DNA of 64,000 bases from Candidatus Nanoarchaeia archaeon (GTDB lineage: Archaea; Nanobdellota; Nanobdellia; Woesearchaeales; UBA525). A program made the position numbers and the translations under genes. Below, one piece after another: positions 38,825-49,054 of the stretch; the first letter of the stretch is position 1; each line of letters opens with the position of its first letter. The notes below the pieces were generated by a model. The model ran no database searches. It had not been told where the DNA came from and worked only from the letters and a program-made list of their open reading frames with translations. The stretch is taken from positions 134,611 to 198,610 of the forward strand of contig JANQNB010000018.1 of assembly GCA_028279755.1 (NCBI GenBank), in the 5' to 3' direction.

Positions 38825-39024
38825 ATCGTACCCCCTAGTCTTTCTATGGTGACGCAAGTATATAAACTTTTCCTTTTTTGACTACTTTAAAGTAAAAACA
38901 AATAAAGTGTCTTTACTATTCAAAAAACTATTAATATGATTAGTAATTAAATAAATTCTATATAGAAAAATAATAATTGTGTCCAAGGACAATCTTTATT
39001 AGCAGGAAGTGCTCGGACACAGGC

Positions 39025-39795
39025 ATGACACTCCTGCAGATCAGCCTGACACTCGCGCTGTTATTGCTCATCTACATGACTGTGTGGTGGCTCATTGCCT
39101 CGCTGCTGAAAGACATGAGCCTGGTGGACATCGCCTGGGGCCCTGCCTTCGTGCTCGTCGCCTGGTTTATGTTGTATTTGAGTAATACTGCAGCGCCGAC
39201 GCAGTTGCTCGCTACCTTGCTCGTGACGATCTGGGGCATTCGTTTGGCCATGCATATCGGCTCACGCAAGATCGGCGCGCCTGAGGACTGGCGCTATGCA
39301 CGCTGGCGCAAGCAGTGGAAATGGGTGAAGACCAAGAGCTTCTTCTATGTCTTCCTGCTCCAGGGCTTCCTTGTCTTGCTGCTGAGTCTGCCGATCATCC
39401 TGATCAACATGCACGCCGGACCCTACTTTCACTGGCTCGCTTTTGTCGGCTTGTTGGTCTGGCTGAAAGGCTTTATGTGGGAAGTGCTTGGCGACTGGCA
39501 ATTGACCCAACACCTCAGGCTCAAGCGCAACCACGGCAAGTTGCTCACAAAAGGCTTGCGCAAGTACACGCGGCACCCGAATTACTTCGGCGAAGCCACG
39601 CTGTGGTGGGGTATCGGCCTGATGGCTGCGAGCATGGGGCAGTGGATCGCGCTGCTCAGCCCCGCCTTGCTGACCTTCTTGTTGATTCGTGTCAGCGGCG
39701 TTCCGCTTATCGAAGAGCGGCACGCGAAGAAGAAAGGCTGGGATCGCTACAAGAAGAAGACAAGCATGTTCATCCCCTGGCTGCCGAAGGCGTGA
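39025..39795 (+). CDS. DUF1295 (steroid 5-alpha-reductase-like) membrane protein
   Basis: VDIAWG, EDWRY, DWQL, RHPNYFGE. Confidence 0.88.
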   Translation: MTLLQISLTLALLLLIYMTVWWLIASLLKDMSLVDIAWGPAFVLVAWFMLYLSNTAAPTQLLATLLVTIWGIRLAMHIGSRKIGAPEDWRYARWRKQWKWVKTKSFFYVFLLQGFLVLLLSLPIILINMHAGPYFHWLAFVGLLVWLKGFMWEVLGDWQLTQHLRLKRNHGKLLTKGLRKYTRHPNYFGEATLWWGIGLMAASMGQWIALLSPALLTFLLIRVSGVPLIEERHAKKKGWDRYKKKTSMFIPWLPKA

Positions 39796-40729
39796 GCTGT
39801 TCGAGTATTTCTTTGTCAGTGAATTGCCGTAGCCACTGCAGTGTTTTCTTGCTTGCGCCGATGTATTGCTTGATGTACTCGTTGTCCGGGTGCTCCTTGG
39901 TCTCATGGCTCGCTTCTGCCAGGAGGAAGGCGATGCGTGTCTTAATCAGGCTTGGCAATAATTGCTGTTCTGCAGCGTTTATCGATCGTTCTGAGATGTA
40001 TCCTGTGTAAAGATGTGCAGCAGTGGCGAAATCCTGCTTGATAAGCAGGAAGGTTGCCAGGCAGACTGCGAGACCATTGATCACTTGGGTCTTGACCATG
40101 TCGCCAAAATCGATCAGGCCTGCCACTGTGCCGTTGTTGACGACGAGATTGTGCTGATGTCCGTCGTTGTGGATGACGTGTTTCGGCAAGTCCTGCAAAG
40201 CGGGCAGAACCTGTTTCTCAAATTCATGAAAGATCTGTGTGACATCAGGATCGTCGAGTTCTTCGACGTATGGTATGTTGATCAATGCCTGACTGATGTC
40301 GGCTGTGATCTCATGATCTGCGCTGGGATGGTCGAAGTCAGCGAGCGCGTTATCGATCTTCGCCACGAGCGCGCCAGCTTGTCGAAGTACTTCAGGAGGC
40401 CAGTCTTTCTTTCCCATCTGCTCGCCAGGGATCCAGGTGAGCACTCTGAGGAGCAGACCGGCATGTTTGACGATGAGCTTGCCGTCCTTGTTCGGGATTG
40501 GTTCTGGCACTGACATGCCCTTTTTGCGCAAGTGCAGCATCGCTTTGTTCTGCAGGTCGATAATATCTTCAGAATCATACACTGTCGCCTTGAAGACAAA
40601 ACTCTTATCCCTTGTCACGACGCGGCGATTGATGTCGAAATACCCCTCGAGCACGTGGAGTTCGTCAGCATCGATATCCCATTCTTCTTTGAGAATGCGC
40701 TTGATCTCGGCATCGTCGAGGCTTGTCAT
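39770..40729 (-). CDS. Aminoglycoside/homoserine kinase type II-like phosphotransferase
   Basis: IHNDGHQHN, GLIDFGD. Confidence 0.8.
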   Translation of the reverse strand: MTSLDDAEIKRILKEEWDIDADELHVLEGYFDINRRVVTRDKSFVFKATVYDSEDIIDLQNKAMLHLRKKGMSVPEPIPNKDGKLIVKHAGLLLRVLTWIPGEQMGKKDWPPEVLRQAGALVAKIDNALADFDHPSADHEITADISQALINIPYVEELDDPDVTQIFHEFEKQVLPALQDLPKHVIHNDGHQHNLVVNNGTVAGLIDFGDMVKTQVINGLAVCLATFLLIKQDFATAAHLYTGYISERSINAAEQQLLPSLIKTRIAFLLAEASHETKEHPDNEYIKQYIGASKKTLQWLRQFTDKEILEQLTPSAARG

Positions 40730-40821
40730 TATCTCTCGCTTTTTGCGAAGGAGGGTAGCTCTAAAAGGGTTTCGTTTTGTGCCCAAACCTTTTTATTTGA
40801 CTCTTTGTTTCGCGCTGTCTT

Positions 40822-42282
40822 ATGACAACGTACAAAACACTCGGGACCTACTCTATCAGTTTGCTGCATTACAGCCTGTTCTATGAGGATGAGCGAAAGC
40901 TCGTGTTTCACCAACCGATTCGCGTGCACAAGGGCATCGAATGCGAATACTACTTCGCCGAAGAAGACGGGAAGCAGTTCATGGCCACGATGCGGAAGAA
41001 GCTCGAGGATCCGAAATTCATCTACGAGTTCCACGCGCAGCACGAGAAGGACTGGGAAGCCCTGATGCGATTCATCGAAGAGATCATCCAGGAGCAGCCG
41101 ACCGAGAAGCTCGGCGAGCTCTTCGAACAATACTGGCACCTGCTCCAGCAGAGCCAGCCATTGGGCGACTGCTTCATCACTGTGGACAACGTCTACATGG
41201 AAGGCACCAGGCAGTGGGTCGAGCAGCGCCTGACAGCGCTTGGCCGTGCAGACGAGATCAACCATGCCATGACCATCCTGAGCTGGCCATGGAAGAACTT
41301 CGAGACCCTCGAGCAGGAGATCGAGTTCTACGCGTTGGCAAAGAAATTCAAAGGCAAGGACGTGCCGACAACGTTCGCCGAATTCCGGGAGAAGATCGAT
41401 GAAGACTTGCTGCTCGCGTTCGACAAGCATCTGGAGCGCTGGTGCTGGATTCCGCACTGGTACGACAACGAGCCATTCGATGAACAATTCCTCTTGGACC
41501 AGTTGCACAAGGCATTGAAAGAGGACGTTGATGCGCGCTACGACGACTTGTACAACAAGACTGCTGAGATCAAGAAGGAAGCTGAAGCGCTTGTGAAAGA
41601 CTTGCAGCCTGACGAGAAAATGCAGGAATTGATCGATGGGCTCCGCGAGTTCACGTATTTCCGGACAGCGCTTGACCTCCACACGAGCCGCGCATTGTAT
41701 TATGCGCGTCCGTTCTACGAACAGATAGCTAAAGCCTTAGGCGTCACCTTCTATGACCTGAAACTCCTTGTGGCTGAAGAGATCATCGACTTCCTCAAAG
41801 GGAATAAGGACACAGCCCTGATCAAGGGACTCCTTGCTGCACGCAAGGACATGGTCATCGACATGTATGAAGGCGATGAGCAGACCGTGCTTGTGGGTGA
41901 AGCTGCTGAAAAACTGTACAAAGACGTGCTGGCGAAGCTTGAGAAAGAAGACACCGGCACAGCCGACAGCCTCACTGGTGTCGGAGCCAGCCCTGGCGTG
42001 GCAGAAGGACCTGCACGCGTCATCACGTCGGTGCAGGAAGTCTCGACTGTGCAGGAAGGCGATGTTCTTGTCGTGCCGTCGACCAGCATCGATTTCCTCG
42101 TCGCGATGAAGAAAGCGGTGGCGATCGTCACAGAAGTGGGCGGGCTCACAAGCCACGCTGCAATCGTGTCGCGCGAACTCGGCATCCCGTGCGTGGTAAA
42201 CACGCAAGTCGCGTGCGAGAAGCTGCAAACCGGGCAGCAGATCAAGGTCGATGGCAAAGCAGGCACAGTAGAGGTCGTCTAA
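40822..42282 (+). CDS. PEP-utilizing enzyme mobile domain protein without ATP-grasp
   Basis: GVGASPG...GDVLV...EVGGLTSHAAIVSRELGIPCVV...VDG. Confidence 0.85.
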   Translation: MTTYKTLGTYSISLLHYSLFYEDERKLVFHQPIRVHKGIECEYYFAEEDGKQFMATMRKKLEDPKFIYEFHAQHEKDWEALMRFIEEIIQEQPTEKLGELFEQYWHLLQQSQPLGDCFITVDNVYMEGTRQWVEQRLTALGRADEINHAMTILSWPWKNFETLEQEIEFYALAKKFKGKDVPTTFAEFREKIDEDLLLAFDKHLERWCWIPHWYDNEPFDEQFLLDQLHKALKEDVDARYDDLYNKTAEIKKEAEALVKDLQPDEKMQELIDGLREFTYFRTALDLHTSRALYYARPFYEQIAKALGVTFYDLKLLVAEEIIDFLKGNKDTALIKGLLAARKDMVIDMYEGDEQTVLVGEAAEKLYKDVLAKLEKEDTGTADSLTGVGASPGVAEGPARVITSVQEVSTVQEGDVLVVPSTSIDFLVAMKKAVAIVTEVGGLTSHAAIVSRELGIPCVVNTQVACEKLQTGQQIKVDGKAGTVEVV

Positions 42283-43343
42283 AGCGCTTTCTTCACTTGC
42301 GCCCAGACCTTGACAGGATCGCTCGCGACAACACTCTGGCCAAGATAGAGCTCCATGATGCCGATGTCAGTCGTGCGCGCATTGAGATTGCCGCGATCGA
42401 CGATGCGCACGATGACTGGAAAACCAGGCCAGGATTTATCGAGTGGGGGCATGATCACTGCGACATTGAAGGACTCGACGCCCATCTTCCGATAAGAATT
42501 CAAGACCTTGTAGATCGTTCGGAAGAGCTGTTCGTCAGCAGATTTTGAGATGAGAATGATTTCTTTTTCTTTTTTTGGAGTCAGCGAGGCGAAGACCTTC
42601 ACCCCTTTCTTCTCTGCGGCCAGGCCGAGCGTCTTATGCACGGCGTAGAGTTCCTGCCAGAACGTGCGTTTGTACCGGCCCTTATAGACCTCAGCGCCAA
42701 GCTTCCACAAATGGGTTGCGGCATAAGGCTCGTGCTTGCCGACCATGACCTGCATGTGGCCGTGCACCAGGGAAGCGGCAGCTTTCCACAGGCAGTTCCA
42801 GCCGATGACTGGGTAGTGCGCTTCCGGATGCTCTGCATGCGCTGCAGCGATCCACGACAGCGCGGCGTTGAAATGATCGACCGTCTCTTCTTCAGTGAAT
42901 GCCAAGGGATCTGCCTTGTTGAAGATCACCAGGCCGTGGAGGCTATCGTATTTCGCGACATTACTGGCCGAGACTTCGCTCTTGCCATACAATCTGCCGA
43001 ACGTGTCTTCCGGCGTGTTCTTCTCGACATCAGCAAAGGGCTCTTTTGCTGCCAAATCCTTCAGGGCCTTCTTGGTGATACCCTTCCCGCTCTGGATCGG
43101 CCGGTCCGCACGCAACTTGTTGAACAGCGCGCCTTCATGGAGCACGTGGTTCGTGACTTTCAGAATGGGCTGTTGCTCGAGCTTCGCCACAGCGCCGAAC
43201 TGTTTCTTTGCCCAGGGCTTCATGCTGTCCGGCACGACAAGCTCGCCTGCATCCATGCTGAACGAGAAGATGCTGTCGAACCTTCTTTTGTCCCGCGGAT
43301 TGAGCTTCTTGTAAGCCTTGGACAGATCGAGCACGCTCTTCAT
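42279..43343 (-). CDS. GalT/HIT-like nucleotidyltransferase
   Basis: WNCLWKAAASLVHGHMQ resembles the GalT G(A)S-x-x-HxHxQ motif. Confidence 0.65.
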   Translation of the reverse strand: MKSVLDLSKAYKKLNPRDKRRFDSIFSFSMDAGELVVPDSMKPWAKKQFGAVAKLEQQPILKVTNHVLHEGALFNKLRADRPIQSGKGITKKALKDLAAKEPFADVEKNTPEDTFGRLYGKSEVSASNVAKYDSLHGLVIFNKADPLAFTEEETVDHFNAALSWIAAAHAEHPEAHYPVIGWNCLWKAAASLVHGHMQVMVGKHEPYAATHLWKLGAEVYKGRYKRTFWQELYAVHKTLGLAAEKKGVKVFASLTPKKEKEIILISKSADEQLFRTIYKVLNSYRKMGVESFNVAVIMPPLDKSWPGFPVIVRIVDRGNLNARTTDIGIMELYLGQSVVASDPVKVWAQVKKAL

Positions 43344-43450
43344 GGTCACCATTCCTGGTTATTGCTTTTAATAGTTTTAGCTTCCACTATCTTTATAAAT
43401 CCTTTCACAGGACTTCGAGGCGTTTTACAAGCATTACCGAGGTAATATCC

Positions 43451-44449
43451 ATGAAGGTACTTATACCGCTCGCAGGGAAAGGGTCGCGCATGCGACCGCA
43501 CACGCACAGCAAGCCGAAACCGATGCTCCCGGTCGCGGGCAAGCCGAACATCGACCACATTCTCGACCTGCTCAAAGATATTGAGGTGTCGGAATACATC
43601 TTCATCACCGGGCATCTCAAGGAATACGTCGAGGAATACATGAGGGAGAAAGGCATCACGAACGCGCGCTACATCGAGCAAAAAGTGCGCAATGGTCCTG
43701 CTGGCGCGATCAAGCTCGCGGAAGAATTCATCAACGAACCCTTGCTCATCATCTACGTTGACACAATCTTTGACATCGACCTGAGCATCCTCAAGGACTG
43801 CACAGACGACGGCATCATCTGGGCGCAGGAAGTCGAGGATTACCAACGCTTCGGCGTCATGGTGACTGACGACGATGATTACCTCGTCAAGATCGTGGAG
43901 AAGCCCAAGGAACCCATCTCTAAATTGGCGAACATCGGCATGTACTACATGCACGACATCAAGAAGTTCTGGGACGGCATGCACTACATCTTCGACAACA
44001 AGAAGACTGTGAAAGGCGAGTATTATCCTGTGGATGCGTTCCAGCGCATGGTCGACACCGGCGCCAAGATCAAGATCGTTGAGGCGAAAGGGTGGTACGA
44101 CTGCGGCAAGCCCGAGACGACGCTCGAAAGCAACGCGATCCTGCTCAAGAAATTCCACGAGATCAAGAGCAAAGCGAAGAACAGCAAGATCGTCGAACCA
44201 GTGTTCATTGATTCAGATTGCACGATAGAGGATTCTGAGATCGGACCGAATGTGCACGTCAGCAAAGGCTGCGTGGTGCAGAACGCGAAATTGCACGACT
44301 GCATCCTTGACGAGGACTCGACTGTGAAAGACATCTCGCTCGGCGAGAGCATCCTCGGCAGCAATACCTTCATTGAGGGGGAAGGCAAGGACAAGAAATT
44401 GACACTGCTTGCCGGCTGCCACAGCAATCTGAACCTGAAACCGAAATAG
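43451..44449 (+). CDS. Sugar-1-phosphate nucleotidyltransferase
   Basis: LAGKGSRMRPHT..KPKPML, EKP, WYDCG, C-terminal left-handed beta-helix. Confidence 0.9.
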   Translation: MKVLIPLAGKGSRMRPHTHSKPKPMLPVAGKPNIDHILDLLKDIEVSEYIFITGHLKEYVEEYMREKGITNARYIEQKVRNGPAGAIKLAEEFINEPLLIIYVDTIFDIDLSILKDCTDDGIIWAQEVEDYQRFGVMVTDDDDYLVKIVEKPKEPISKLANIGMYYMHDIKKFWDGMHYIFDNKKTVKGEYYPVDAFQRMVDTGAKIKIVEAKGWYDCGKPETTLESNAILLKKFHEIKSKAKNSKIVEPVFIDSDCTIEDSEIGPNVHVSKGCVVQNAKLHDCILDEDSTVKDISLGESILGSNTFIEGEGKDKKLTLLAGCHSNLNLKPK

Positions 44450-44505
44450 GGCCTGTACCGCGGCCCTCTCGCTGCGCATGTCGGGCCAGGGCGGTACAGG
44501 CGCTA
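44447..44505. repeat. GC-rich intergenic hairpin (REP-like or terminator)
   Basis: GCCTGTACCGC...GCGGTACAGGC arms enclosing GGCCC...GGGCC; GA flanks on the minus strand. Confidence 0.6.
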
Positions 44506-44561
44506 GTGCTACCAAAACCTTTTTATCCCGTAGTTCTTCAGAGCATACAAAGAGGTGGGCA

Positions 44562-46316
44562 GTGGTTCGTATTATCCACGAATTCGGAAAACAGCACATC
44601 GAAGGCGAAGGCGACGGCCTGTTCGTGCTGACTGACAAGAAAGGCAGCTTCTTCTCAGCCTGTGGCGAGAACCTGACCAAGTACAACGGGCTGCAGCACT
44701 ACGATCCGCAACACGGCTATGTCAAGAGCCTTGAACGATTGTCCCTGCCTGCGAAAATCACGACAGTCATCAACCGGGTGACGAATGTCGAGCGCCAGTA
44801 CGACAACGGCGCCGTTGAAACGTACTGGATGAGCAGCAAGTCCCTGCATTACACCGTGAAGAACTACCACGGCCAGCTGGAAGTCGTGCTCGACATGCGA
44901 AGGGATGAAAAGACCGAAGGCCGGGTGTATCACGTCACGCACGAAGATGATGTCCTGCTCATCCGCTACGAGCAAGAAGGCGACTATGTCGACGTCCTCG
45001 CGATCAAGGGCGTGCACGGCTTCACCGCGACCGGCACCTGGTCTGAAGAACGCTACGCATACGACGAGCGGCGCAAAGACAAGAGCGCGTACTGGGTCTA
45101 TCACGCCGGCACGATCTCCGTCGAGGGCGAAGCACATCTCATCATCGCGCGCGGGCATAGCGCCGAGCACGCGACCACCCTGGTGCAGACAGCGAATGCC
45201 GAAGAATCGCACCTGCAGAACAGCATCGAGCACTACGCGTTCACAGAATTCACAGCGCAGCATCCTGGGCTCTTTGCGCACACAGCTCTTGACGCGCTTG
45301 TCACCAACAAGCCAGGCGAGAAAGTCACTGGCATCTTCGCAGGCCTGCCGTGGTTCACGCAATACTGGAGCCGCGACGAGCTCATCAGCCTGGGCGCCCT
45401 GATCAGGATCGAGAAGTTCGGTCTCGTGAAAGAGATCCTGACACGCTATTACGAACTGCTCGACAAGCCCCTGCAGGCGCACTACCCGAGCGGCGGCCTG
45501 CTCGCTGCCGACTCGCTAGGCTGGCTGGCGAAACGAACGCTTGACCTGTTACAGGCGCTTGACGAACGCGGCATCAGGAAGAAACATTTCACTCGATTGG
45601 AATTGGCGTACATCAAGGATCGCATGGCCACTGCTGTGGAAGAATTGCTTGCAGTGCGCGGCGAAGATGGCTTGGTACGCAATGGTCCAGGAGAAACGTG
45701 GATGGACGCGGCTTTTGATGGCGATCACCGCGCAGGTATCCGTGTCGAGATCCAAGCATTGACACTTGCCTGCTACCGGCTGTTGCGTGTTCTCGACGAG
45801 AAATGGCACGAGGAAGGGCACGCCTTCGCTGAGAGAGCGCGCACGAAACTGTATCGGGAAGGCAGGCTATTGGACGGCGTGCGTGACGAGACAACACGAC
45901 CGAACGTGTTCATCGCATACTATGTGTATCCTGAACTCTTGAGCGCAGCACAGTGGAAGAAGGTGTTCGATGACGCTCTCGCAAAGCTCTGGTGCTCGTG
46001 GGGTGGGCTCGCGAGCATCGACACAAACGATCCGCGCTACTGCGAACGCTATTCCGGCGCCGACGACAAGAGCTATCACCGCGGCGATTCCTGGTACTGG
46101 ATCAATGCGCTTGCCGCCATCTGCCTCAAACGCCTGGATGCCAAGAAATGGCAGGATGCGATTTCTCAGCTCAAAGACGCGTGCCTGAACGACCTGCTCT
46201 GGCAGGGCGCGCTCGGGCATTGCTCGGAATTGAGCAGCGCAAAACAGCAAGAATGGGCAGGCACGTTTTCTCAGGCATGGAGCGCCGCGTTGCTGTATGA
46301 GCTGCTGACAGAATAG
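44562..46316 (+). CDS. Amylo-alpha-1,6-glucosidase (glycogen debranching family)
   Basis: AGLPWFTQYWSRDELISL, ETWMD, RPN, YHRG, SQAWS. Confidence 0.85.
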   Translation: MVRIIHEFGKQHIEGEGDGLFVLTDKKGSFFSACGENLTKYNGLQHYDPQHGYVKSLERLSLPAKITTVINRVTNVERQYDNGAVETYWMSSKSLHYTVKNYHGQLEVVLDMRRDEKTEGRVYHVTHEDDVLLIRYEQEGDYVDVLAIKGVHGFTATGTWSEERYAYDERRKDKSAYWVYHAGTISVEGEAHLIIARGHSAEHATTLVQTANAEESHLQNSIEHYAFTEFTAQHPGLFAHTALDALVTNKPGEKVTGIFAGLPWFTQYWSRDELISLGALIRIEKFGLVKEILTRYYELLDKPLQAHYPSGGLLAADSLGWLAKRTLDLLQALDERGIRKKHFTRLELAYIKDRMATAVEELLAVRGEDGLVRNGPGETWMDAAFDGDHRAGIRVEIQALTLACYRLLRVLDEKWHEEGHAFAERARTKLYREGRLLDGVRDETTRPNVFIAYYVYPELLSAAQWKKVFDDALAKLWCSWGGLASIDTNDPRYCERYSGADDKSYHRGDSWYWINALAAICLKRLDAKKWQDAISQLKDACLNDLLWQGALGHCSELSSAKQQEWAGTFSQAWSAALLYELLTE

Positions 46317-46381
46317 AGTTGTCTCTTTAAAGTGGTAACAAATAGAAAAGCTTAAATACCTGGGGTAGTTCTAGGTACGTG

Positions 46382-46528
46382 ATGAAGATCAAGACGAGTG
46401 TGGCCTTGGGAGAAGACACCCTTCATTCTATGCGTGAACTCGTCCGTGACGGCCGTTTTCGGAACAAGTCGCACGTGATGGAATTTGCCATCAAACAGCT
46501 GCTCAGAGAGGTCTCCAATGGGAACTGA
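46382..46528 (+). CDS. Ribbon-helix-helix (CopG/Arc/MetJ) protein, 48 aa, not in the ORF track
   Basis: MKIKTSVALGEDTLHSMRELVRDGRFRNKSHVMEFAIKQLLREVSNGN*. Confidence 0.8.
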   Translation: MKIKTSVALGEDTLHSMRELVRDGRFRNKSHVMEFAIKQLLREVSNGN

Positions 46529-47624
46529 GATGTTCTTTGATCAATTTGGCAATACGACTGTTGTCGACTCTATTGATGGTGTAGAGATATGGAATGTTAC
46601 AGAAGAGACTCGCTTCATGTTACCCGGGGCCTTGACACGGACGGAACGAGAGGTGCTTGAGGCGCTCCGCGGAGACGCGCTTCCACACCCGAGGAATGGA
46701 GAAGACATCCACGAAGGCACTGCTTTTGCCCATTATCATGGACCCCGAAAGCCAGGAACCGGAATTCCGGTAGACTTGCTTCTGGGAACAGTTGTGGAAC
46801 GCGACAATGCCTTGCATGTTGAAGGGGACACGGTGATAACATATCACGCAAATGATGATCCCTGGTTTTCGCCTGCTATAATCGGACTTGACATCGGAGA
46901 AACGCAACAGAGACGATTATTCATAGGCGACACGCTCCATGGAACTCCGCTCGACAGTGAGCGCTACACTGCAATCATGGAAACGATCGGCGGCATCTCT
47001 CGAGAGCGATCTATTGCACACCCTGCGACAAAGGAAGGTCGTCGGTACAGCGAAGAATACGACGCGCTTGTTGCACGCTGTGCTCACGCTGGCTTGCAGG
47101 AGATCGAAGGAGGCATGTTCAACTCAAAAGGTCTTGAAAGCCCTGGTCCAACACTCGTGGCAGTCCATCCGTTTTACATGGAATATCATAATTCATTCGG
47201 AAATAGGACGAGGCTGTCAATCCAGCAACGCGATGCTCTCATGCAACGTTATGATGACTTGTTTACACGCCATGAGGGTCCGTTAGTTGTGGTCGAAGAG
47301 GAAGGACGCATTTGTGATACACTGCAACGAATACGGGCGAATGGCCGTGCAGGCGACATTTACTTTGTCCCAACAATGAATCGATCGTCTTCGCTGTTTC
47401 CGTTTACAGACGACAGAGAGTTCATTGACCTGCTGCAAGGTTTAGGCGTTGACGGCCTGAAATTTGTCGGCGGTCATGACGCTGGCAACAGACGCTATAC
47501 TTCAAGAGATCCTATGACTGGCGAAACAACGCGGTATTCCGGATGCTTGAGAGGTCTGGCGAACCGGATTGAGAAGCTCGGATTTCCGGCTGTGGAAACA
47601 ATTCCGGCATATGTTTACTCGTAG
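46518..47624 (+). CDS. Hypothetical protein
   Basis: ATG after GAGGT RBS, overlapping the RHH gene; HYH, VHPFY and GG...GC segments. Confidence 0.6.
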   Translation: MGTEMFFDQFGNTTVVDSIDGVEIWNVTEETRFMLPGALTRTEREVLEALRGDALPHPRNGEDIHEGTAFAHYHGPRKPGTGIPVDLLLGTVVERDNALHVEGDTVITYHANDDPWFSPAIIGLDIGETQQRRLFIGDTLHGTPLDSERYTAIMETIGGISRERSIAHPATKEGRRYSEEYDALVARCAHAGLQEIEGGMFNSKGLESPGPTLVAVHPFYMEYHNSFGNRTRLSIQQRDALMQRYDDLFTRHEGPLVVVEEEGRICDTLQRIRANGRAGDIYFVPTMNRSSSLFPFTDDREFIDLLQGLGVDGLKFVGGHDAGNRRYTSRDPMTGETTRYSGCLRGLANRIEKLGFPAVETIPAYVYS

Positions 47625-47726
47625 ATCTGATGTATGGACGCGATGAGGAGAACACACGAAATATATTTCTATATAGAAAACAATCCATCCCCCAAACGCT
47701 TTTAAAGCGCCTGCTCATCCATCTCG

Positions 47727-48278
47727 GTGATGGGGATCCTCGACGGGTTGGAAGGGTTTATGGAGCGATTCACGCCCTACCTGAACAAGATCGTCATCTT
47801 CTTCCTCATACTCTTCATCGGCTTCCTCGTTGGCAAGATCATTGGCAGGCTTGTCAGGAAGATCCTGCGTGACATCAAGACAGATGCGTTTGTCAACCGC
47901 ACGCTCGGCTGGAAGCTCAGCCTGGAACGCACGATCAGCAGTCTGGTTGCAGGCCTCGTGTACCTGGTGAGCTTCATCCTCGCCCTGAACGCAGTCGGCC
48001 TGACGACATTGGTGCTTGAGATCATCCTTGGCGTGTTTGTCCTGGCCATTGTCCTGAGCTTCCTCATCGCGTTGAAGGACATCATCCCCAATGCCGCTGC
48101 TGGCCTGACGATCCGGCAGAAAGTCAAGGAAGGCGTCAAGGTGAAGATGGACGACGCAGAAGGCAAGGTGAAGGAAGTCAACCTCTTGGAGACGATCGTG
48201 CAGACCAAGAACGGCGACACGATCGTGGTGCCGAACGCGCTCTTTGCAAAACAATTGATACGAATCAAACGAAGGTGA
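47727..48278 (+). CDS. Small-conductance mechanosensitive channel (MscS-like)
   Basis: TM helices, LKDIIPNAAAG, EGKVKEV, IVVPNA. Confidence 0.8.
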   Translation: MMGILDGLEGFMERFTPYLNKIVIFFLILFIGFLVGKIIGRLVRKILRDIKTDAFVNRTLGWKLSLERTISSLVAGLVYLVSFILALNAVGLTTLVLEIILGVFVLAIVLSFLIALKDIIPNAAAGLTIRQKVKEGVKVKMDDAEGKVKEVNLLETIVQTKNGDTIVVPNALFAKQLIRIKRR

Positions 48279-48282
48279 TACC

Positions 48283-49008
48283 ATGAAGTACGTACTCGTT
48301 GCATTGGCAAGTCTCCTGCTGCTCGCAGCATGCGGCGGCGACACTGGCGATGACCAATTGCCACCACCGCCGACAACCGACGCTGACGACGTCATCCGGG
48401 ACATCCAGGAGAAGAGCCAGGAGCAGACTGCGCTGGAAGAGTATCTGTCCAAAGGCAAGAACCGGGGATTCAGCGTGACGTACGACACGATGGACAGCTT
48501 TGCCGGCAAGAGCGGCGAGCTCGCCATGTATGTCAAAGGCGACAATGCGCGCACTGACGTCACCATGGAGGTCGAGGGTGACAGGATCGAAGCACGGCAG
48601 TACCAGCTGGCTGGAGAGCTCATCAGCTGCGACAAGCAAGAAACGTGGTCGTGCATGATCATGGACTTCGGCGACGACGCCGGCAACACGCCCTTGGACA
48701 TGCAGTCATCGTTCGAGGAACCGGATGTTGACGTCACCAAGAAAGCATCACGCACCATCGCAGGCGCAACAGCAGAATGCTTCCTCGTCGAGTTCGGCGA
48801 CGGCATGTTCGGCGACATGTCCACAGAGCAATGCTTCAGCGAGGAAGGCGTGCTTCTCTACAGCGAGATGATCATGCCGCAGGGCACGATCAAGTGGGAA
48901 GCCACTGAGTACTCGCTCAGCGTCTCTGACAGCGATTTCGAACCGCCAGCAGAGCCGCAGACCATGGAAGACTTCCTTGCTGGCATGATGGGCGACATGC
49001 CGACGTAA
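48283..49008 (+). CDS. Acidic lipoprotein-like secreted protein
   Basis: LLLAAC lipobox-like motif; RTIAG..AECF; SDFEPP. Confidence 0.7.
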   Translation: MKYVLVALASLLLLAACGGDTGDDQLPPPPTTDADDVIRDIQEKSQEQTALEEYLSKGKNRGFSVTYDTMDSFAGKSGELAMYVKGDNARTDVTMEVEGDRIEARQYQLAGELISCDKQETWSCMIMDFGDDAGNTPLDMQSSFEEPDVDVTKKASRTIAGATAECFLVEFGDGMFGDMSTEQCFSEEGVLLYSEMIMPQGTIKWEATEYSLSVSDSDFEPPAEPQTMEDFLAGMMGDMPT

Positions 49009-49054
49009 TCATTCCACAGTAAACAATTTAAACCTCTTCCTGATTTCTTTCTTT

